Below are positions 28,699 through 37,288 of a DNA stretch of 64,000 bases, piece after piece. The DNA lies in assembly GCA_024280015.1 (NCBI GenBank), contig JAJRQY010000064.1, forward strand, positions 29,254 to 93,253, given 5' to 3'. Below the pieces are notes generated by a model. The model saw nothing but the letters and a program-made list of their open reading frames with translations. It searched no databases and had not been told where the DNA came from. This DNA comes from Actinomycetes bacterium. GTDB lineage: Bacteria; Actinomycetota; Acidimicrobiia; Acidimicrobiales; SZUA-35. The translations under genes were made by a program, and so were the position numbers. The stretch's first letter is position 1. The number at the start of each line of letters is the position of its first letter.

Positions 28699-30222
28699 AT
28701 GACGACGCCCGAAACGACACCAGAGGTGACCGAGAGCAACAGGATGTACAACGGTAAATCCTTTCTGGAAAGTATGGACGACGGACGCGAGATCTGGTTC
28801 GAGGGTGAGAGGATCAAGAGCATCACCACCCACCCGGCCTTCATCAACTCGGGTCGTTCCGTTGCTGGGTTGTATGACTCGCTGCATGACCCCGCCAAGG
28901 CCGAGACTCTCACCACCGTCGACCGATTCGGCCATCGGACCCACCGCTTCTTCGCTCCCAGCTATAGCGCTGATGACCTTCTGGCCAGTCGAGGCGCCAT
29001 CGAATCATGGCAACGCCAAACCTTCGGATGGATGGGCCGCACACCCGACTACAAGGCAGCCTTCATGGCCCAATTGGCCGAGGGACACAGCTACTACGGC
29101 CAGTACGCCGACAACGCGCTTGCCTGGTACAAGAAATCAGCGTCCAGGGTCATGTTCATCAATCACGTTCTGATCGATCCACCGGTTGATCGATCACAGA
29201 ACCGGACCGACGTTCGAGACGTTTACGTCACCGTTGACCGCGAGGACGACAACGGCATCTATGTCACCGGGGCCAAGATGGTTGCCACTGGTTCAGTTCT
29301 CACCCATGCCACCTTCGTTGCCGTGAACAGTGGTGTCGCTTCTCGCATGGAAGCAGGACGAGACGACGACATGGCCCTGGTGTTCATGGTCGACATGAAT
29401 GCTCCCGGTCTCAAAATGATCTGCCGACCGTCCTATGAAGCGTCGGCTCGGAGCCCCTTCGAGGCACCATTGGCCAGCCGGTTCGAAGAGAATGACTCAG
29501 TCATCATCTTCAAGGAGTGTTTTGTCCCCTGGGAAAACGTCTTCGCCTACCGCGACGTCGAAACGACAAAGGGCTTCTACGCCAATTCCGGATTCTTCAA
29601 TCGCTACAACCTCCAGTCGGCTACAAGACTCTCAGTCAAGCTGGATTTTGCCGCAGGCATGTTGCTAATGGGGGCCGAAGCCACCGGCACTGACCAATTC
29701 CGCGGCGTGCAGACTGCCATTGGTGAGATCATCGCCATGCGCGAGACCATGTGGGCCATGACCACTGCCATGGCGCTGGACCCCGAACCCTCCATCGGAG
29801 GGACCGTTGTTCCTCGTCTACTCACGGCCGCGGCAAGTCGTCTCTATGCCACCAATTGCTGGCATCGAGTCCGAGACCTGTTTGAGGCCTACCTGGCCGG
29901 CGCCCCCATCTATACGGTGTCCGGACCCAAGGACCTCTTGAACCAAGAGTTGCGACCCGACATTGATCAGTACTTCCGCGGAACGGGTATGGATGCTGAG
30001 GCAAGGATCAAGCTGTTCAAACTCATTTGGGATGGCATGTACAGCGAGTTCGCTGGCCGCCACGCAATGTATGAGCGAAACTATGCAGGAAACCAGGAAC
30101 AACAGCGCTTGGATGCCTTGCGCTGGGCCAAAGAACGAGGCGACGCCGACCGTTACCGCACCCTGATCAACGACTGCATGGCCAGCTATGACCTGAACGG
30201 CTGGCTTCCCGGCCAGCCCTGA
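28699..30222 (+). CDS. HpaB-family flavin-dependent monooxygenase oxygenase component (4-hydroxyphenylacetate 3-hydroxylase family)
   Basis: The start is at ATG 28699 with an upstream GGAG. The N-terminus (GKSFLESMDDGREIWFEGERIKSITTHPAF) and overall length fit the HpaB/4-hydroxybutyryl-CoA dehydratase-like fold family. Confidence 0.8.
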   Translation: MTTPETTPEVTESNRMYNGKSFLESMDDGREIWFEGERIKSITTHPAFINSGRSVAGLYDSLHDPAKAETLTTVDRFGHRTHRFFAPSYSADDLLASRGAIESWQRQTFGWMGRTPDYKAAFMAQLAEGHSYYGQYADNALAWYKKSASRVMFINHVLIDPPVDRSQNRTDVRDVYVTVDREDDNGIYVTGAKMVATGSVLTHATFVAVNSGVASRMEAGRDDDMALVFMVDMNAPGLKMICRPSYEASARSPFEAPLASRFEENDSVIIFKECFVPWENVFAYRDVETTKGFYANSGFFNRYNLQSATRLSVKLDFAAGMLLMGAEATGTDQFRGVQTAIGEIIAMRETMWAMTTAMALDPEPSIGGTVVPRLLTAAASRLYATNCWHRVRDLFEAYLAGAPIYTVSGPKDLLNQELRPDIDQYFRGTGMDAEARIKLFKLIWDGMYSEFAGRHAMYERNYAGNQEQQRLDALRWAKERGDADRYRTLINDCMASYDLNGWLPGQP

Positions 30223-30223
30223 A

Positions 30224-30271
30224 GCTCAAATCTCGACAGGCTCAAATCTCGACAGGCTCAAATCTCGACAG
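30224..30271. repeat. 16-bp perfect tandem repeat x3 at the convergent hpaB-like/phzF junction
   Basis: GCTCAAATCTCGACAG occurs 3 times. The third copy encodes the last four codons and the stop of the minus-strand phzF-like gene. Confidence 0.95.
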
Positions 30272-31238
30272 TGCCAGTGACGGAAGCAACGGCAACCCCG
30301 CCAACCCAGATGACGCCTTCGGGATCTTGCTCGATGTAGACCCGACCACGGCGACCCATGGCCGTGCCCTGACTAGCCACGTAGCTGGTTGGCAACGACG
30401 AAACCGGTGAGTTCTCCCCCAGCAGCCACTGGGCCACCGAAGCGTTGAGGCTTCCGGTAACTGGATCCTCAAAGATGCCTCCGGTGCCATCGGCGAAAAA
30501 GGCTCGGATCTCCATGGCACACGAATCAGTGTTGTCACCCGAGTCATTCTCATCACCCGAGCCAGTGTCGTCACCTGAGTTTCGGTACAACCCAACCACA
30601 CCAAGATCCAGTTCCGTTCGAGGTCCACTCGGCGCATCCAATGCCAGCACCGCCTCGGCATCGGCCAGCATCAAGATCACCCAGCCTGGACCATTGTCAC
30701 CCCATTGGGCGTCAACAACCTCACCCCGCTCAACACCGAGCACCTCCGCCATCTCCTCAATGAATGACTCTTCGACCTCACCAGATCGAATCAACGCAGG
30801 TGCCGCGAAGGAAATCTGATCGCCATTCTCGCCACCGGCAGCACCAGCAACACCACCAGCAGCACCGTCACCGCCGTTTGGACCTGCGTCCGCGCCTGCG
30901 GTCAACTTCAATTCGATCAGTCCGGCACCGCACTCTTGCACTACCCGACCAGGAGTCTTGGGTTGCCCGCCAGCATCTAGCCAAGCCTGACAAGAACCAA
31001 TGGTTGGATGCCCGGCGAAGGGCAGCTCCCGAGGGATGGTGAAAATCCGAACCCGGTAGTCGGCCTCGGGCACCGTTGGCTTCAGGAGGAACGATGACTC
31101 CGACAAATTGGCCCACTTGGTGAATCGGTGCATTTCCTCCGTTGTCAGCCCATCAGCATCTATGACGCAAGCCAGCGGGTTTCCCGAGAAGGGGATCGAG
31201 GCAAATACATCAAGTTGTGAGAATCGTCGCTTACTCAT
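30258..31238 (-). CDS. PhzF family isomerase with low-complexity insertions
   Basis: The N-terminus FSQLDVFASIPFSGNPLACVIDADGLTTEEM is typical of PhzF. Gly/Ala/Asp-rich inserts are GADAGPNGGDGAAGGVAGAAGGENGD and SGDDTGSGDENDSGDNTDS. Confidence 0.85.
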   Translation of the reverse strand: MSKRRFSQLDVFASIPFSGNPLACVIDADGLTTEEMHRFTKWANLSESSFLLKPTVPEADYRVRIFTIPRELPFAGHPTIGSCQAWLDAGGQPKTPGRVVQECGAGLIELKLTAGADAGPNGGDGAAGGVAGAAGGENGDQISFAAPALIRSGEVEESFIEEMAEVLGVERGEVVDAQWGDNGPGWVILMLADAEAVLALDAPSGPRTELDLGVVGLYRNSGDDTGSGDENDSGDNTDSCAMEIRAFFADGTGGIFEDPVTGSLNASVAQWLLGENSPVSSLPTSYVASQGTAMGRRGRVYIEQDPEGVIWVGGVAVASVTGTVEI

Positions 31239-31252
31239 TACCTAACTCTACG

Positions 31253-31282
31253 GGACCTGACTCTGCAGGACCTGACTCTGTG
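31253..31282. repeat. 15-bp tandem duplication in the divergent phzF/AKR promoter spacer
   Basis: GGACCTGACTCTG-CA followed by GGACCTGACTCTG-TG. Confidence 0.8.
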
Positions 31283-31306
31283 GCTCAGATCATGTAGCTT
31301 CGAATC

Positions 31307-32206
31307 ATGATCGAGACCGCAGCCTTCGGATCTACTGGGCACCTGAGCAGCCGCGTCATATTCGGAGCCGCCGCCTTGGGCGCGATGAGTCAAGAACGCT
31401 CCGACAAAACAATTGAACTTGTCCGTGCCGCTGGGGTCAATCACTTCGACACTGCCGCCGACTACGGACAGTCCGAAGATCGACTCGAGCCTTGGCTCAG
31501 CTCCCACCGCGGAGAAGTCTTTTTGGCTACCAAGACCGGTGATCGAGACGGGCCCGGAGCACGGGCAAGTCTTGAGCGGTCATTGGAGCGAATGGGAGTC
31601 GACCATGTCGATCTGATCCAGCTCCACAACTTGGTCGAAGATGGCGAGTGGGCAACCGCTCACCGAACCGGCGGCGCGGTGCAAGCCCTAGCCCAAGCGC
31701 GTGACGAAGGCCTTGTTCGTTTCATCGGTATCACTGGTCACGGCACCAGGGTCTCCCGGTTCCACCTCCGCAGTTTGGCCGAGTTCGACTTTGATTCGGT
31801 ACTGATTCCCTACAACTTCACCATGATGCAAAACCCCCAGTACCGCGCCGATACAGAGGAACTTCTGGCCCTCTGTTCTGACCGAGGAGTAGCAGTGCAG
31901 ACCATCAAGGCCATTGCCCGCGGTCGTTGGCCTGAGGGGCAAGATGGCATCGCTGAAAGCCGTGGCCCCAGGTTCAGCTGGTACCAGCCCCTTGAGGACG
32001 AAGCAGCCATCGGCCGCTCTGTTCGCCACATCCTTGGCAACGAGCAGCTCTTCTTGAACACCACCAGTGATGCCACCAAACTCCCCATGGTCTTGGCCGC
32101 CGCTGCGGCTAACGGCATGGCTCCGACCGAACAAGAGTTACAGACAGATACCGACACTTTTAGCATCACTCCCCTATTTGACGGGAAAGAACTTGAACGA
32201 ATCTAA
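31307..32206 (+). CDS. Aldo/keto reductase
   Basis: AKR blocks are GVNHFDTAADYGQSE and DHVDLIQLHN in a 299-aa ORF. Confidence 0.85.
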   Translation: MIETAAFGSTGHLSSRVIFGAAALGAMSQERSDKTIELVRAAGVNHFDTAADYGQSEDRLEPWLSSHRGEVFLATKTGDRDGPGARASLERSLERMGVDHVDLIQLHNLVEDGEWATAHRTGGAVQALAQARDEGLVRFIGITGHGTRVSRFHLRSLAEFDFDSVLIPYNFTMMQNPQYRADTEELLALCSDRGVAVQTIKAIARGRWPEGQDGIAESRGPRFSWYQPLEDEAAIGRSVRHILGNEQLFLNTTSDATKLPMVLAAAAANGMAPTEQELQTDTDTFSITPLFDGKELERI

Positions 32207-33011
32207 CAACAACAAGTCAACCGAGACCTACCTGGATCAAGTGGCCGAACAGGGATACACCATCATCCCTGACGTCTTTGACGCCGAGCGGGCCCTTGCG
32301 ATTCGAGACCGGTTGGATGAGTTGGAGACTGAACTCGACATCGAAACAGGCACCAACAGATTCGAAGGAACCAAGACCCGCAGGATCTACAACCTGTTAG
32401 CTCATGGCAAGCTGTTCGAGGAGATCGCTCTGGATCCGGCGGTGCTTGCCATCGTCGAAGGTGTATTGGATCATGAGTTCCAGGTTTCGACGGTGGCTGC
32501 CATCACCATCGGACCGGGTCAAACCGCTCAACCCATCCACGCCGACGATCAGGTCATGCCGATCGAGCGACCTCACAAGGCCACGGTCTGCAACTCGATG
32601 TGGGCAATCACTGATTTTACCGAAGCCAACGGGGCCACCAGGATCATCCCCGGCAGTCACCTTCGAGATCACGGCCCCGAGTACGGCACCCACTACGACT
32701 CGATTCCAGCCGAGATGAAGATGGGGAGCGTGATGGTCTGGCACGGTTCGTTTTGGCATGGCGGAGGAGCGAACACCTCCGACGAATGGCGCTACGGCAT
32801 TGCCATGAATTACTGCGCTGGCTGGGTTCGGCCTCAGGAGAACCAGCAGCTGGGAGTCCCTTTGGAAACCATCAAGAGGTTCGACCCTCGGCTACAAGAG
32901 ATGTGCGGATTCGGAACCTATCGTGGCTTGATCGGCCACATCGATCGCCAGACCGCGGCCCAACGTATTCTTGGCGCCACCGATTCATCCATGCTCTGGG
33001 ATCGGACCTGA
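32193..33011 (+). CDS. Phytanoyl-CoA dioxygenase (PhyH) family Fe(II)/2OG oxygenase
   Basis: Family features are YLDQVAEQGYTIIPDVF, HADD and a distal His (WHGGGAN). The start is tentatively the in-frame TTG at 32193. The tracked ATG at 32067 would overlap the AKR gene by 140 nt. Confidence 0.7.
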   Translation: MNESNNNKSTETYLDQVAEQGYTIIPDVFDAERALAIRDRLDELETELDIETGTNRFEGTKTRRIYNLLAHGKLFEEIALDPAVLAIVEGVLDHEFQVSTVAAITIGPGQTAQPIHADDQVMPIERPHKATVCNSMWAITDFTEANGATRIIPGSHLRDHGPEYGTHYDSIPAEMKMGSVMVWHGSFWHGGGANTSDEWRYGIAMNYCAGWVRPQENQQLGVPLETIKRFDPRLQEMCGFGTYRGLIGHIDRQTAAQRILGATDSSMLWDRT

Positions 33012-33042
33012 CCGACACCACCGGCACGACAGACAGGCCTGG

Positions 33043-34185
33043 CTACAAGCCGGGCGCATCATAGTAAGCGGCGCCGCCACCCTGATCCATCAGGTCATCA
33101 AACCAGTTTCCGTCATAGACATCGTTCGGACCCTGCAACAAGTCTGGGGCCTCTCCCGGTGTGGAGGTGGCAAACGTCCAAGCTTGACGCTTGTAGGTCC
33201 AATTCTCTGGATGCAGGTGGTGGGCCTCTTGCCACCATCTCACCGCTGCGGCCACGGCTTGGTTGTCATCACTCTTGAGTGAAGCACCTTTGAGTGAAGC
33301 ACCTTTGGCTACACCCTCAGAAGCGGCCCGAGTCCAATGCCATTGGCCGAGCTCGAAACAGGCCGTCGCTCGGGCATGGTCCATGGGCAGTGGTCGTGAC
33401 CTCGCAACAACCTCGTCTGCCGATAGGCAGAACTCGCTCTCACTCCCCTTGTCAACCCAGTCATGAATAGCGGCCAGGTAGCCCTCGGGGTTGCCCTGGA
33501 ACTTGCCAATCTCGGTGAAGACCTCCTTGATCCGGTCGGGAAGATCATCCGGAAGTGACCCACCTTTTGGCCGGGGTTCGATCGAAGCCAGCTCAGCAGG
33601 GCGAACCAGCTGGCCTTCCTCGTCAATCCAGACTGCCATTGGCACATTGGTGAAACCAAAGAGCTCATCACTGATATGGCGAGTGTCAATCAGAGACGGA
33701 TGCGTGGGCTCAGCTAGCTCAATCCAAGGCATGGCGTCATCCCGCTCAACATCAAGAGCAACCGTCACCACAGTCAGCCCCTTGGACTCAAGCTCGGTGT
33801 GTAGTGCTTGCCACACGGGCAAGCTGTTGCGACAACCTCACCAGCTGGCCCAAGCCACAAGCAAGACCTTGCGGCCATGCAGACTGGACAGCTTGAACAG
33901 GTTGCCGTCGGCATCTTCAAGCTCAAGTTCGGCCGCGGTGGCCGAAGCCAATGCTCGGCCGCCGCTGCTTGGCCCAAGGGCCCAGATCGAGGCGTCCTCG
34001 TCGCGGATCAGTGGCATTTGCAACCGTTCGGCCACCACAGCCAGATCGAGGTCACCGGCCGCGGTGCTGGCCCCATCAGGCAAGGGCACACACTGATCGG
34101 CTCGACACATACCTTCAGGTTTGATCTCCCACCCCGTGCGGGCAGCGAAAGAGAGTGGGTCGATAGTTAAGGATTCAACAATCAC
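33043..34185 (-). CDS. ResA/TlpA-like thioredoxin-fold protein with an in-frame TGA at the redox-Cys position (candidate selenoprotein, alternatively a pseudogene)
   Basis: ORFs 33838..34185 and 33043..33822 share one frame and are separated only by TGA 33838..33840. Read-through gives GRKVLLVAWASW-U-GCRNSLPVWQALHTELESKGLTVVTVALD, which matches the FWASWCxPC(R/K)xE(L/M)P block of TlpA/ResA. A hairpin lies at 33806..33824, downstream on the mRNA. Confidence 0.55.
33275..33304. repeat. 15-bp perfect tandem duplication inside the thioredoxin-fold gene (GASLK x2)
   Basis: TTGAGTGAAGCACCT occurs 2 times. Confidence 0.9.
33806..33824 (-). promoter_or_regulatory. bSECIS-like stem-loop downstream of the in-frame UGA
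   Basis: The RNA reads 5'-GCUUGCC-CGUGU-GGCAAGC-3', a 7-bp perfect stem with a 5-nt loop. The stem starts 13 nt after the UGA. The loop starts 20 nt after it and has G at loop position 2. Confidence 0.45.
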
Positions 34186-34265
34186 CGAGACATGCTATTG
34201 CAGAGCCCAATCCAGCGCTAGTTCATCGTCGGTTCAGGTGGTCTGTGACACTCAACACCTGACTC

Positions 34266-35771
34266 GTGCTGCCGATGCTGTACCCAATGGACATATCGCC
34301 TTGGTTCCTGGTTGCCAGCCTGAGTGGTCTGGCTTGCGCGTCACTTTCTCTAGCAGTAATCGTCGCAGGGTGGGTGCGTCGCGTCGCCGAAGTCGCCATT
34401 CTTGGCAGTGGATTGTTCTCCCTTTCCATCTTTGCTGCCGCGTTTGGGCTCAGCGTCACTGATCTTGGCGGTGGCTCACCGGCTAGCCCAATGCTGGCGT
34501 ACTTGGCCTTACCATCGGCGGTTTTCACCGCCTTTCCTCTCCTTTCACCAACGACAGTCACCGCACGTTTCATCGGTCAGCACTGGCGATCCTGGGTTGC
34601 GTTTTGCGCTGCTACCAATATCGCCGGAGTCGTCCTACTCATTGGGAATACCGCCCCAGTCGGAATAGTGACCAAGACGGTGCTCCTGACCATTGGCATC
34701 CTCGGCAGTTTGAAGCTGGCCAACCGCCAGGTTTACCTCTACAGAATCAGTGGTCGTACAACAGCCCTAGCCACTGCCGCGGCCGTTGCGTCGCTCACCC
34801 TCTCCACCTCGATGGGGCCAGCGGTTCAGCCTGGCAGTGTCTGGTCCTGGATAGTCCTGGCCGCCGAAAACGCCGCCGTCCTCTCAGCCGGAGGGGCCAT
34901 CATCTATGGCTACCGTACCGGGCAGAGTGTTGCTGACATTCTCGGACCAATGCTGTCCAACGAACCGCTTGCGGCCCTGGAACTTGGCCTAAGCCCAGAG
35001 GTCCACAGCTTTGTCGCTGCGCTGGAACAGAAGGACCAGGTCACTCGAGATCATGTTGTTCGGACATCGGCGCTAGCTATGCGGGTCGCCATCCGAGCCG
35101 AATTGAAACCAACCGAGGTACGCGAGATTGCCCTCGGGGCTTTGCTACACGACATTGGCAAGCTCATCGTTCCCAGCAGCATCATCAACAAGCCTGACCG
35201 CTTGACCGATGAGGAGTTCGCCACCATCCAAACCCACCCCGAACAAGGTGAGCGGTTACTCGAGGGATCGGTGGTACTCGCCCCCGCCGCTCGCTTCGTA
35301 CGAGGCCACCACGAACGGGTCGATGGCAAGGGCTATCCCGATGGCTTGAAGGGGGATGAGCTTTCATTGGAAGTGGCCATCGTCAGTGTTTGCGATGCCT
35401 GGGATGCCATGACCCACACCCGCCAGTACCGCCAAGGTATGGGAAGCGAGCGAGCGACGGAGATTCTCCAAAGGGGCGCAGGCAGCCAGTGGCGGGCAGA
35501 TGCCGTACTACTTGTTCTCGCCGAGATATCGAGCAATGGTCAGTCCGATCTGGAAGCAGCTGGTCCAATTGGCCGCCACAATCTGGTCGACATGCAATGC
35601 CAGCTAACGGAACAAACCCTGGCCAACCAAACGCTGGCTGAGCAAACACTGGCAGAGGAAGCGCTGAGTTGCTGTGTTCCGGAGATCGCTTCTCAGGAAA
35701 CAGCCCGCACTAAGTCAATGGCCCGGCCAAGTGTGTCCAATCGATCAGACAAGGTGTCCCCGGCCGGATAG
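34266..35771 (+). CDS. Membrane-bound HD-GYP domain phosphodiesterase
   Basis: About 7 N-terminal TM helices precede HDIGKLIVPSSIINKPDRLTDEEF...HPEQG...GHHERVDGKGYPDGL (HD and GYP motifs). The start is uncertain (GTG 34266, ATG 34275 or ATG 34287). Confidence 0.8.
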   Translation: MLPMLYPMDISPWFLVASLSGLACASLSLAVIVAGWVRRVAEVAILGSGLFSLSIFAAAFGLSVTDLGGGSPASPMLAYLALPSAVFTAFPLLSPTTVTARFIGQHWRSWVAFCAATNIAGVVLLIGNTAPVGIVTKTVLLTIGILGSLKLANRQVYLYRISGRTTALATAAAVASLTLSTSMGPAVQPGSVWSWIVLAAENAAVLSAGGAIIYGYRTGQSVADILGPMLSNEPLAALELGLSPEVHSFVAALEQKDQVTRDHVVRTSALAMRVAIRAELKPTEVREIALGALLHDIGKLIVPSSIINKPDRLTDEEFATIQTHPEQGERLLEGSVVLAPAARFVRGHHERVDGKGYPDGLKGDELSLEVAIVSVCDAWDAMTHTRQYRQGMGSERATEILQRGAGSQWRADAVLLVLAEISSNGQSDLEAAGPIGRHNLVDMQCQLTEQTLANQTLAEQTLAEEALSCCVPEIASQETARTKSMARPSVSNRSDKVSPAG

Positions 35772-36733
35772 AGCCTCACCGTGGTGATGCCACTCTCACT
35801 CCAACATTGGAGCCGTTCCCGGACATGCTCTTCGGGCCCGATCAGGGTGGTTGCCAGAACCATCTCGTCGGGGATGACCTCAGCCGCACCAGCACGGTCC
35901 CCAGCCAACCAACGCCGCTGCGACTCCGCTGCCACGTCCTCATACCCGGCACGAGCGTAGGCCGAGTTATAGAAGTTCGTGTTGCCGCTGCCCATGCCAC
36001 CGAGACTGAAGGCCAGACCCATCTTGCGCTCGGTCGTCATTGCTTCGAGGTCATCACCAAAAGCCACTTCGGCGCCCTGGCAGAGATCGAGATCGGCCAG
36101 CTTGCGTCCAGCTTTCTCGGCGCCTGCTCGCAGGTGTTTCCAGTAGGCAGACTCTGCACCTTCTGGGACAAACGAAGTTCCGATCCAGCCGTTGGCGACC
36201 TCGCCGGTATAGCTCAGCATCTTGGGTGACAGGGACGCGACATAGAGGGGAATCGGGGTTTCGGGAATGGGTTGAGACAATCGCAAGGCTTTGCCCTCAC
36301 CCCCGGGCAGAGGCAATGTGAGGGTTGACCCATCATGCTCAATGCGCTCGCCCGCTTCGGCCTTGCGCAGGACAGCGACCGTATCCTTGAGGCGCGACAG
36401 TGGCTTAGCGAACGACACTCCGTGCAGTCCTTCCATCACCTGAGGACCGCTAACACCAAGGCCTAACAGGAAGCGGCCGTTCGTGATTCGCTGCAAGGTC
36501 AGGGCGGTCATGGCGGTGAGTGCCGCCGAGCGAGCGCCAACCTGGAAGATGCCCGAGCCGAGGAGCACGGTGGAGGTTCGGGCAGCCAGATAGCCAATGG
36601 GAGTAGCAGCATCAGTTCCCCAGGCTTCGGCCACCCAACAAACCTCGACTCCCATGGCCTCGGCCTCAACCACATAGCCCACCAGCTCGTCCCAAGGACC
36701 AGCATCCGCCGTCAGCTGGATAGCGACTCGCAT
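35693..36733 (-). CDS. LLM-class (luciferase-like) F420-dependent oxidoreductase
   Basis: MRVAIQLTA...VCWVAEAWGTDAATPIGYLAART...GRFLLGLGVSGPQVMEGLHG is a typical LLM F420 family profile. There is a TGATG overlap with the upstream SRPBCC gene. Confidence 0.85.
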   Translation of the reverse strand: MRVAIQLTADAGPWDELVGYVVEAEAMGVEVCWVAEAWGTDAATPIGYLAARTSTVLLGSGIFQVGARSAALTAMTALTLQRITNGRFLLGLGVSGPQVMEGLHGVSFAKPLSRLKDTVAVLRKAEAGERIEHDGSTLTLPLPGGEGKALRLSQPIPETPIPLYVASLSPKMLSYTGEVANGWIGTSFVPEGAESAYWKHLRAGAEKAGRKLADLDLCQGAEVAFGDDLEAMTTERKMGLAFSLGGMGSGNTNFYNSAYARAGYEDVAAESQRRWLAGDRAGAAEVIPDEMVLATTLIGPEEHVRERLQCWSESGITTVRLYPAGDTLSDRLDTLGRAIDLVRAVS

Positions 36734-37248
36734 CAGACGCTTCCCATGCCCTGCGGATCTTCAAGCCTGGACTTGAGAGTTTCGAGGTTGGCCAGCATGT
36801 TGGCTTCGTGGAACTTCATCCGACCGGCGACGATTCGTTCTTCCTTGTCCGGCATGGCCTTGATTGCTGGAGTCAAGCCAGAATCGCCAGGACCAATCCG
36901 AACTCGCTGAGTAACCAGCAGCGAACCGTTCTCCTGCTCAGTCATCTCAAACCACCATTGGGCTGCCTGGTGCGGGGCATCGCCGATCATCCAACTCCAA
37001 TGACTGAGAGGCACCCACTCAACGACCAGCGACTCCGTCGTCCACTCACCGATGGCCTCATGACGATTTCGACCAAAGATGGTCACACCAAGCCCACCCT
37101 CCTCTGCACCGACCCAGGATGCTTCCTGTAGTTCCGAACTCACTGAAGCCGGGAACCCTGGGTCGCTGATCAGCTCCCATACTGCTTCAGGAGAAGCGTC
37201 TACCTCGATTGAAGCTTCGGCGGTCGGACCATCGGCATAGAGAACCAT
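36733..37248 (-). CDS. SRPBCC family protein (polyketide-cyclase/START-like fold)
   Basis: The internal ATG 37248 gives MVLYADGPTAEASIEVDASPEAVWELISDPG, a typical SRPBCC N-terminus. The longer ORF would overlap the ALDH gene. Confidence 0.7.
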   Translation of the reverse strand: MVLYADGPTAEASIEVDASPEAVWELISDPGFPASVSSELQEASWVGAEEGGLGVTIFGRNRHEAIGEWTTESLVVEWVPLSHWSWMIGDAPHQAAQWWFEMTEQENGSLLVTQRVRIGPGDSGLTPAIKAMPDKEERIVAGRMKFHEANMLANLETLKSRLEDPQGMGSV

Positions 37249-37288
37249 AGGGAATGAACCTAGCTCAGACTGCCCGCAAACTGCAGGT

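Noticed and set aside
27950-28720. 256-aa minus-strand ORF containing AGNRPAGNRPAGNRSAGNRS repeats
   Set aside because: It lies antisense to the paaX gene and the 15-bp array, and the repeat peptide is simply the array read on the other strand. There is no family resemblance. Long antisense ORFs are expected in GC-rich DNA.
32067-32192. The tracked ATG start of the PhyH-family ORF
   Set aside because: It would overlap the aldo/keto reductase gene by 140 nt, and the first 42 residues are Pro/Trp-rich non-homologous sequence. The in-frame TTG at 32193 just before the conserved N-terminus is preferred, though still uncertain.
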